Source of the DNA: Paramicrosporidium saccamoebae KSL3 | Lineage: Eukaryota > Fungi > Cryptomycota | Reading direction: 5' to 3' | DNA: 28,576 nt | Assembly: GCA_002794465.1 (NCBI GenBank) | Contig: MTSL01000213.1 | Coordinates: 1 to 28,576 of the forward strand | Shown: positions 9,098-16,814 of the stretch, piece after piece | How the letters are laid out: every line of letters starts with the position of its first letter | Numbering within the stretch: the first letter of the stretch is position 1 | Position numbers and translations under genes: made by a program | The notes under the pieces: generated by a model | The model's input: the letters and a program-made list of their open reading frames with translations, nothing else | What the model was told of the DNA's origin: nothing | Databases searched by the model: none

Positions 9098-11431
9098 ATG
9101 AAGTTGAACAATTTCACGAGTGCTGTCCTTGCGGCCTGCTTCCTGGCCGCGGTGAATGCAGCTTGTACTCTAGACACACTAATCAGTCAACCAGGCGCCT
9201 TTGAAAGCAGCACTACACAGTGCCATCCCTTGGCCACCACACCTAGTCACTCCCCCCACTGGTTTACTGCGATCAGCACCCCAGAACGTAGGCTTGCCTT
9301 TAGTGCTCAGGTCTTTCAACTGGCCAACCCGCCGCAGAGAGGTCATGGAGCGACGGCGGGGCGATACTATCAATCTGCCTTTAATGATGCGGTAAAGAGC
9401 AGCTTGAGAGGCATCAATTCGAACGATGTGGCAGCCTGTCAGCACGACGAATGCTGTCAATTCCTGTCAGATGCTATTCGGGGGATCCCCCAGAACAGCT
9501 TGAAAGCTTTGTCGGTTCGATGCGTCATGCGAATCACCGAGGACGCCAAAAGTGGGACCGCAGGGAGAGATCTAAAGATCCTGAACCTGCTGCCGACTGA
9601 TGTTCTAAAGACCAAGGGCTATGCAATTATCAGACAGCTGTCTGGAGAGGGCGGGATCAAAGTTGTTCCCAGCACAGTGCTTGGCCATATTCTTTCTCAG
9701 CCAGCAGCGTGTCAAGCTCTAAGCAGCGGAGATTGGGCCACACTGCTAACCACCTCCTTAAAGATAGCAAAAGAGTGCCTCCACGCAGGACAAAAGAATT
9801 TCACTAACGCATATGCTCCCGGGGCAAAGACAAGCAAGTTGGACGCAGCAGCGTTTGAGCTCTACAATAGGGATATCCACCGCCAACTAATACCAACTCT
9901 CACCTCTGACCAAGTAATGCACTATGCAGGAAAGGCAGAAGAAGGTCAATTTCCAGGCCACAATTTGGATTTGAATGCACTTGGATCAAACGCAAAAGGT
10001 CTCACTCGTCGTCTGCTCCTGGGCATGACCCATCAGTTCCCGGATTATCGCATGGAATTTTCAAGATCGGCCTGGTCCAAGGTGAGCGAAGACATTTTCA
10101 AGGACCTACCTGCCGACGATGCTGCCGCAATAGCCAATGCTATTAGACCCACAACCCGCGGAGATAGTATTCAGGAGTGGTTGTCAAAGACGCAGCTTGA
10201 GCATTTGGTAGTGCATCACGAAATTTGTAGTGTCCTCCTTCCTGTAACGATGAATCGCAAGATTGCGATTACAAAGGAATGCTTTGCCTCGATGCAACCA
10301 AAGACTCAAGCGGCTGCTCTCGTAAATGGTGGCACACTGCCAAATGACCTCTTGGCGAGTGCCACCGGCGATCAAGTCAGCGCATGGAGCTATAATGGGA
10401 CACAGGGACTAAATTTGCTGGGATTGATACGCAACCGCGAAAATATTTCCAAACTCATCGCTCTGATGGGCGCAAATGTGGAATATGATCATCCCTGCAA
10501 GTTAATCACCGATCTGGACATGCTTAAGGATCTGCCAGTTCTTCAAAAGTTTATGAGTGTCCGTTGTCGTTCCAGAATGGCATTCGAGCTGGAGGCAGAG
10601 GATTATGTTGGACTGGATCCCCGAATGATCTATCTTCAGACATTTGCAGAGATGAAGCGCGTACGCAAGCCCGAGTTCTGGACCGATATGAATTCTTCAA
10701 TCCTCGGCATCCTTATTACCATTGATGGATTTTGCTCGGATATAGACAGTACAACCTTTTCTGGCTTCAAGAAGGATACCTATTCGGCAGTCACTCGCGA
10801 TTGCCTCCGGCAGCTCCCCTATCTTGATGATTTGGCAGCCGATGTGATCCAGAGCATGCCTACCGCTGTATTCGCGAATGATAATGCTAGTACCATTAGT
10901 GCCGCAGTCGTTTCCAAGATGAGCGCTGAGCAGATTGGAATGGTTGGAAACGCAGCCACATCGGGCATTAGTATCGGTGCGCATTTGTCAGAGACTATTC
11001 TTGATAAATTCAGTGCTGCACATTACGGAAAGATTCAGCCCGTCCATTGGAAAGATGTTCCGGCTGGCTCATTCAAGGCAATCTCTACATCGGAGCGACT
11101 TGCCGCAGTTCCCGGCAATTCCATGGTCCACTGGACAAGAACTCAAGTAGGCAACGTCTCCAAAGACCTCTTGGCTGAAATGACCCCCGATCAGGCGGAG
11201 AACATTAGCAGCTCTGCTAGTGTTGCGGATTCGGCTCTTCATGTTCTGACTCCTGATATCAACTTTTGTCCCGAAACAAGGGCCATCATTGAGAGACGCC
11301 GCAAAGAAGCTAATATCACAGTCGGCGATGAAGCCTCTAGCACCACCTTGATCATTATCCTAGTTGTCGGCGTTGCAGCAGCCCTCGCCGCATGTGCTGG
11401 TTTCTACTTTTGGAGACGCAATCATCAGTAA
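9098..11431 (+). CDS. Uncharacterised Cys-patterned type I membrane/surface protein A, 777 aa
   Basis: Intronless ORF with signal peptide MKLNNFTSAVLAACFLAAVNA, a C-terminal TM LIIILVVGVAAALAACAGFYFW and a very short RRNHQ tail. Paralogous to 12070-14451. Confidence 0.9.
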   Translation: MKLNNFTSAVLAACFLAAVNAACTLDTLISQPGAFESSTTQCHPLATTPSHSPHWFTAISTPERRLAFSAQVFQLANPPQRGHGATAGRYYQSAFNDAVKSSLRGINSNDVAACQHDECCQFLSDAIRGIPQNSLKALSVRCVMRITEDAKSGTAGRDLKILNLLPTDVLKTKGYAIIRQLSGEGGIKVVPSTVLGHILSQPAACQALSSGDWATLLTTSLKIAKECLHAGQKNFTNAYAPGAKTSKLDAAAFELYNRDIHRQLIPTLTSDQVMHYAGKAEEGQFPGHNLDLNALGSNAKGLTRRLLLGMTHQFPDYRMEFSRSAWSKVSEDIFKDLPADDAAAIANAIRPTTRGDSIQEWLSKTQLEHLVVHHEICSVLLPVTMNRKIAITKECFASMQPKTQAAALVNGGTLPNDLLASATGDQVSAWSYNGTQGLNLLGLIRNRENISKLIALMGANVEYDHPCKLITDLDMLKDLPVLQKFMSVRCRSRMAFELEAEDYVGLDPRMIYLQTFAEMKRVRKPEFWTDMNSSILGILITIDGFCSDIDSTTFSGFKKDTYSAVTRDCLRQLPYLDDLAADVIQSMPTAVFANDNASTISAAVVSKMSAEQIGMVGNAATSGISIGAHLSETILDKFSAAHYGKIQPVHWKDVPAGSFKAISTSERLAAVPGNSMVHWTRTQVGNVSKDLLAEMTPDQAENISSSASVADSALHVLTPDINFCPETRAIIERRRKEANITVGDEASSTTLIIILVVGVAAALAACAGFYFWRRNHQ

Positions 11432-11606
11432 AGCATGAAATTAGAAAATCAATAAAGAGGTACCTTGTACATATAACTGTGATTTAATGGCCTTGTGAGA
11501 TATAGTAAGCAAATTTTCTTTTAAAAAAGTACGTGGTATCAACATTAAGCATCCATCCAACACATCCGCGGAAGGATGGATGTGAATATCAGCCAATAAA
11601 GTGTCA

Positions 11607-11790
11607 TATTATTGTCGCGTAGTGGGGATAAATAGTATGGACTGGAAGGGGGTCTGTCTACTGCTAGTCCTATAATAGTATGGATACACATCTCACTGTC
11701 CTCAAATACCCAGCTAATCAACACTCTATCACACAAATACCCAACTAATCAATCCTCTGCCTCTGCCTCTGCCTCTACGTCACACTATTA
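11607..11790 (+). mobile_element. Dispersed MITE-like element copy R3 (apparently full length)
   Basis: Left end TATTATTGTCGCGTAGTGGGG and right end CCTCTACGTCACACTATTA. Internal direct repeats AATAGTATGGA x2 and CAAATACCCARCTAATCAA x2, plus a (CCTCTG)n tract. Confidence 0.85.
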
Positions 11791-11802
11791 ACCTCACATT
11801 AA

Positions 11803-12031
11803 CCAATAACGCGTCTGATCCACCTCATAACGCATATACCTTTGGAACTTGATTAGTCAATGGGGCGCAATACGATTGGCAGATTCGCAGCCGAGGCGAT
11901 TGGTGTAATGTGTCTGGCCACCCTGACAGTTACCAATCGGCATCGGCATTCCGTGCTACTTTGGAGCAGTCTTGTTGGTGCAAGCTGCACATTTCACACC
12001 AATCAGCCTAAAATGACGGTGCGCCTATAAA
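11803..12031 (+). promoter_or_regulatory. Promoter with five CCAAT/ATTGG boxes and TATAAA
   Basis: CCAAT at 11803, 11933 and 11999; ATTGG at 11875 and 11899; TATAAA at 12026, about 39 nt upstream of ATG 12070. Confidence 0.5.
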
Positions 12032-12069
12032 GCAGCGACCGTCCAGTGCGGTGATTCACCTTGTTTACG

Positions 12070-14451
12070 ATGAGACTCTCTGCTGCTGTATTGATCATAA
12101 CTGCAGCGCTTTTGCAGAACACTTCTGCTTCTGCTGTTACCGCACAGACTTACTCTCACAATGGGCCCGCTGCAAAGGCTGCGGTGAGTAAAGACGGAAT
12201 TACCGATTTTGCTGATGATAGTGTGATTAATACGGGATCTCCGCCATTTGACAAACCTGCATCATTACCTCCGCTCGTCTTCCGGGCAATGACTGCTAAC
12301 AATATCATCACGTTTGCCAAATATGGTGCCAAGCATGCTGGTGTCAAGTTGGACCCGAAGACAGACTTGAACAATGCCAATTACAAAAAATTCCTGGCCG
12401 GTATCGGCAGTGAACAAATTCAAGCCTGTACCAACGACCACTGTCTTAGGTGGCTCTACAAAGGCGCCTTTGAGCTCAAACTCGGAGGTTCTCTCAAGGG
12501 AAGGGATGCCTTAAATGGTGTCCAAGTCCGTACGATTGTTGATTCTGCATTTAAAGGTGATTGTCTGAAAGCTACCAATCAAACCCAAACAGTGGAAGCT
12601 GCCTGCGTGAAGGGACAGTTGGATGCCATCCCGGAAAAAGTTAGAAAAGCTTACGCGGCACAGATCATCACAACAGCTGGGGACAATCTCCATTATCTTT
12701 CTGCTGATATGCTCAAATCCGTCTTTTCAGTGGCCTCTGCATGTGAGAAGATTAGAAATGCAGGCAGTTTGAAAGCAATCCTAACTAGCAATAGTCTAGC
12801 AGGCGCAGTTACCGCGGAATGCTTTGCGCATATCCCTCCCGCGGTTATCAATGCAATTCAAGGAGATAGTACAGACGGTGGAGTTACTCAAGCCAAGGTT
12901 AACGTCGCGAGCAAAATTGGATTGTACAAACTATACAATGGTGCACTTCCCAAGCCAATGCTTGAAGGTATTAGCGCTGCGTTGATGAAGGATTTCGCAA
13001 CTGGGTTCGCCAGTGGAGATAGACCTGGTAAAGGTCTCGTTTTGGAGAACATTACCACTAACAACCTGTCGAGTATAAATCAAAAGACACTCTTGGGAAA
13101 CCTCAATGCTAATGATGCTGTCAAGCTGGCTTCAACTGGTAAAAAGCTTACTTTGGCACATTTTGACAAAATTTCTGCTGAAGATGCATATACTGCACTG
13201 AGACACTTTGACCCGACTGCCTTTGGAAATCTAGGTGGTGATATTATTGCTCACATCATGAACGACTACCCGGCCGTCTGCTCACTTCTCCCCGAGACTA
13301 TCGAGTACAAGAATGTCAAGTTGACCAATTCAGATTGTTTCCGCTACTTGGATCCTAAATCTCAGGCAAAAGTGCTTGCAACGGCCGCCAGTGTTCCTGA
13401 CAATGCCCTCGTCCATGTCACGTCTGACATGGTGAAAGGATGGGAATATACGGGGGCTCGCTCAGAGAGTTTCTCTGGTGCCAATGTCTTGGGAGCCAAT
13501 CCGAAACGCCCCAACATTGAAAGCATTATTGCCGGTCTTGGAGTCGATCCCGATGGTCCTAATCCGTGCAAAGATCAAATTCCTTCTGTTACCGACATGG
13601 CTGTAGTCCTGGGTGATAACATAACGTACGCGTGCTTCAAAGAGGGAGAACATGAGATCCCTACCGACAAAGACGCCAAGTTTAGTGAACGCCTCCGTTA
13701 CATGGTGCCTTTCCCGCAGCTATTGAAGGCTCAGGGCATAAAGTTCTTTGAGAATTTGTCAGAGAAAACTTTTGCAACTCTTATGAAGACGGGCACATTC
13801 TGTAGGGGAGTCGATATTGATACTTGGTCCGTGATCAAGCCCGAAATCAAGAAGAATACAAGCTCCAGGTGTCTCGCTGAGCTCATGACCCATCTGTCCC
13901 CCACAGCGGAAGATCTCAAAGGAATGTCTGAAAGCGTCCTCGCAGGTCTTCAGCCTAGTCAGATTCCTGCATCTATGATCCCGTCCTTTAGCAAGGAGCA
14001 ACTCATGGCCGCTGATCCGTCTATTGCTACCATCTTTACCGCCGACACTCTTAAAGCTATCGACGTGACTGCTTTGAACGGTGAATTCTGGGCGAATGTC
14101 TCTCCTGCAGCATTCGGAGGAGTTGCAACGGTTCAAGATATTAAGCCTGAAAACATGACCAAGTGGACTGAGGCTCAGGTCACAAAGGCCTCAGAAGAGG
14201 CCTTTACGCCCCTCACCAAGGAGCAGGCTCAGACTGTTGGCTCCGAAGCTGCAGCTGACGCTTCTCCTGTGAAGGCACTCGTGGCAATGAAGGGAATCTC
14301 TGAAGAAGCTCGCCAAGTCCTCAAGTCACGCTTGAAGGCCGAAGATGCAGCATCGGAAGGAATCCCAACTTGGGTGTTGTTCATCATTGGCGGAGTGATC
14401 GCCGTAGCTCTCATTGGCGGTCTGGTCTACTTTTTTGTTCTTCGCAAGTAG
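12070..14451 (+). CDS. Uncharacterised Cys-patterned type I membrane/surface protein B, 793 aa (paralog of A)
   Basis: First ATG at 12070 gives signal peptide MRLSAAVLIITAALLQNTSA; C-terminal TM WVLFIIGGVIAVALIGGLVYFFVL with RK tail. Collinear conserved blocks with protein A. Confidence 0.9.
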   Translation: MRLSAAVLIITAALLQNTSASAVTAQTYSHNGPAAKAAVSKDGITDFADDSVINTGSPPFDKPASLPPLVFRAMTANNIITFAKYGAKHAGVKLDPKTDLNNANYKKFLAGIGSEQIQACTNDHCLRWLYKGAFELKLGGSLKGRDALNGVQVRTIVDSAFKGDCLKATNQTQTVEAACVKGQLDAIPEKVRKAYAAQIITTAGDNLHYLSADMLKSVFSVASACEKIRNAGSLKAILTSNSLAGAVTAECFAHIPPAVINAIQGDSTDGGVTQAKVNVASKIGLYKLYNGALPKPMLEGISAALMKDFATGFASGDRPGKGLVLENITTNNLSSINQKTLLGNLNANDAVKLASTGKKLTLAHFDKISAEDAYTALRHFDPTAFGNLGGDIIAHIMNDYPAVCSLLPETIEYKNVKLTNSDCFRYLDPKSQAKVLATAASVPDNALVHVTSDMVKGWEYTGARSESFSGANVLGANPKRPNIESIIAGLGVDPDGPNPCKDQIPSVTDMAVVLGDNITYACFKEGEHEIPTDKDAKFSERLRYMVPFPQLLKAQGIKFFENLSEKTFATLMKTGTFCRGVDIDTWSVIKPEIKKNTSSRCLAELMTHLSPTAEDLKGMSESVLAGLQPSQIPASMIPSFSKEQLMAADPSIATIFTADTLKAIDVTALNGEFWANVSPAAFGGVATVQDIKPENMTKWTEAQVTKASEEAFTPLTKEQAQTVGSEAAADASPVKALVAMKGISEEARQVLKSRLKAEDAASEGIPTWVLFIIGGVIAVALIGGLVYFFVLRK

Positions 14452-14792
14452 ATGCTCACCGAATGAATTGTACAGTAAAATGATGTAGATAAATTGAACA
14501 AATAAATGAATGGGGCTGTAAGCGCGAGTCTGGTACGTAAAAGGGTTGTTAAACACGATCCGTTTGTTATTATCGAAGAGTTCGATCCAGATAGCGGTAG
14601 TGTATAAGTGTATAAGCCACACACTACTAAAACTGTAAGAAATACGACCTTGTTGAGCAGTTTCCGCCTGTTATAAAATTGTGAGAGATAGGGCCTTGCT
14701 GAATGGTATCCGCTTATTATGCTACATACTCTAATAAAACTAATTCGCTCATCAACAAGATCATGGCCCAATAAAATGACTATGGATCAACC

Positions 14793-14966
14793 TGTCGCGT
14801 AATGGGTGAATTACTGCAGGCTTTGTCAGACGGAAAGAAATCTTGCCAATTGCTAATCCAACGGCCTAATTCAGGTGAGAAGAAAATTTGCTCACTGCCA
14901 ATCTTGAAATTGCAAGTACACTGATCTCACCATCCACAACTATCCAACAACTAATCAATCATCTGC
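14793..14966 (+). mobile_element. Dispersed MITE-like element copy R7 (diverged, long-spacer subfamily)
   Basis: TGTCGCGTAATGGG left end. 14852-14910 matches 28451-28509 (reverse) at 51/59. Ends in GATCTCACCATCC...CAACAACTAATCAATCATCTGC. Confidence 0.75.
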
Positions 14967-14993
14967 ATCCCAACTCCACATACATACAAGAGT

Positions 14994-15789
14994 TTATAGA
15001 GGTGCTACAATATCATTGAGGAAAGAGGATAAATCTATTCCAACTCCTTCCTCGGGCGTCTCACTCTTCAATTGACCATCAACATTGGTCATGTTGAGCA
15101 GAACAAGCTGTCGCAGAATAGTCTCCAAATGAGAATTGGATTGTTTGAGGATGGCCGAATTCACAGAATCGGCCAAGTCTTCTCGATGCTGCATTGCCAG
15201 TAGATGCTGCACCGGTGAATCGGAGGGATCGGAATACGCCAACAACACAATGACATCCTAAATCATATTACAACCAGACTACAGGCCGCACCTCCAGGTG
15301 TTTCTTTAGCATTGGTCGATTCTGGACGAGCGGCGTGATGGATGATTCTATAAACTCGAGGGCCGTAGTTGATTCTCCTCCCCGAACCATCTCTACAAAT
15401 TGTTGGCACAGCAGCTTGAACCGCAATAAACATCCATCCACGTCTTCGTTAGAGTCGATACCATCCTGCATGTCCACGCCCAACAACTGCGGGAAGAACT
15501 CTCCCATGTACTGGAGGGCTTCAGCTAGACGTCCGTCCAGGATGAGATTCTTTAGATGACTGCGGTACTGAAGAGTTTGGGCTGCGAGTAGCTCGGCCTT
15601 ACTCAGCGTCTCCTTTGCGGGGCCCAGCCACTGTGCCAGAAACGCCTCGGCCGTCTCATAGTAGCAGTGATGTGCCAGATAGCTGAATATCAAATGTGCC
15701 GCCGAGAGGTCGATTTTCTCATTAGCGATAATTGAGCTGGCTAGGTCGTTGTTGTCAGTGGTCGGAATGTCAACCTTGAGCATTTTCAT
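14994..15789 (-). CDS. LisH-CTLH-CRA protein (GID/CTLH complex; RanBP9/Gid1-like motifs, no SPRY), about 253 aa, 2 exons (15789-15292, 15257-14994)
   Basis: LisH LIFSYLAHHCYYETAEAF; CTLH YRSHLKNLILDGRLAEAL...FPQLL...LRFKLLCQQFVEMV; CRA LLAYSDPSDSPV...REDLADSVNSAIL. A 34-nt intron (15291-15258) joins KHLE|DVIVLLAY. The start ATG (15789 or 15783) is uncertain. Confidence 0.85.
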
Positions 15790-15819
15790 GTTGAGGGGTC
15801 GGGGTGTGGTGCCGTGCCG

Positions 15820-16232
15820 ATGCTTCACAACGAGGACGCTGAAATGACCGATTCTCCCAACCAGCAGCAACCGCAGCAGTATGACTTATTGGCCCAACCT
15901 TTTCTTGTAGGGAAGATGGAAAGGGCAAGGAAAAGTTTTACCCAATGCTAACATCTCACGACGACGGATATCAGGACATAATCCTGACCTCTGGTATGTC
16001 CCTCCACCATTCTCATGCAGTAGACAACCTCGACGAAAGCATGTTGGACGACGAGGAAGAATGGCGTGCCAACTCTGACGGCGAGGAGAGTGAAGAGGAG
16101 GGACTGGACGAGGAGGACGGCGAAGAAGCGGAGATGGTCATTGAATGTCCCTTTGAGGAACCCAAGGCAGCGCTGCTGGACCTATCCCACGAGGATGCTC
16201 CCCTAGAGTCGCCTCGTATCTCCATACCATAA
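15820..16232 (+). CDS. Small acidic intrinsically disordered orphan protein, about 114 aa, tentative 2 exons (15820-15906, 15975-16232)
   Basis: Asp/Glu-rich ORF 15945-16232. A putative 68-nt GT-AG intron (15907-15974, GCTAAC branch site) joins it in frame to MLHNEDAEMTDSPNQQQPQQYDLLAQPFL. AATGCATTTTATTT follows the stop. Confidence 0.45.
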
Positions 16233-16420
16233 TGCATTTTATTTCGTGTAGATGCCAATCTGGAGCCTGTCAGCTTGGACAATATTCTCCCTCAAGGTTC
16301 CCGCCGAAGCCGTCCCACCAAATTCGATTAATTAAATAAATGATTTGTGAGTGGCTTGGGTGGTTGGGGGTTCTGAGGTAGTAGGGGGTTTGAGTAGGCT
16401 GAATGGTGTCCGAGTAGGTT

Positions 16421-16608
16421 GTATCGCGTAGTGGGGATAAATAGTACGGACTGTCAGGCAAGAAAGGGGGGGGGGTTTGTTTACTGCTAATCCTACAATA
16501 GTATGGATATACATCTCATTGTCCTCAAATACCCAGCAACTAGGTCTTCTCCAAACTGGGGAACTATCTTCAAATACCCGACTAATCAATCCTCTACCTC
16601 TACGTCAC
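16421..16608 (+). mobile_element. Dispersed MITE-like element copy R4 (near full length, G11 tract in spacer)
   Basis: TCGCGTAGTGGGGATAAATAGTACGGA...TTTACTGCTAATCCTACAATAGTATGGATATACATCTCATTGTCCTCAAATACCCAGC...CAAATACCCGACTAATCAATCCTCTACCTCTACGTCAC. Confidence 0.85.
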
Positions 16609-16724
16609 GGTTGAATAATATATCATACGTATGGACCAAGGGTAAAATGGGCGTATTACGAAGGAATACACCATGTTATATCAGCAGATACGAAACAACA
16701 GGTCGGTACTACAATACAGGCCCT

Positions 16725-16764
16725 ATACAACCATACAAACATACAAATACACAAATATACAAAC
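16725..16764. repeat. 8-bp tandem repeat x5 (ATACAAAY)
   Basis: atacaacc atacaaac atacaaat acacaaat atacaaac, about 50 nt past the stop of the carotenoid-oxygenase-like gene. Confidence 0.85.
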
Positions 16765-16814
16765 CCTATGCAGGTCGATGTAAACCTCATGAATGGCAAC
16801 GTTTATTCACAATG

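Noticed and set aside
14326-14771. Minus-strand ORFs 14427-14771 and 14326-14622 with hydrophobic stretches
   Set aside because: They lack ATG starts in good context, overlap the end of protein B, and abut element copy R7. The hydrophobicity is explained by AT-rich spacer DNA.
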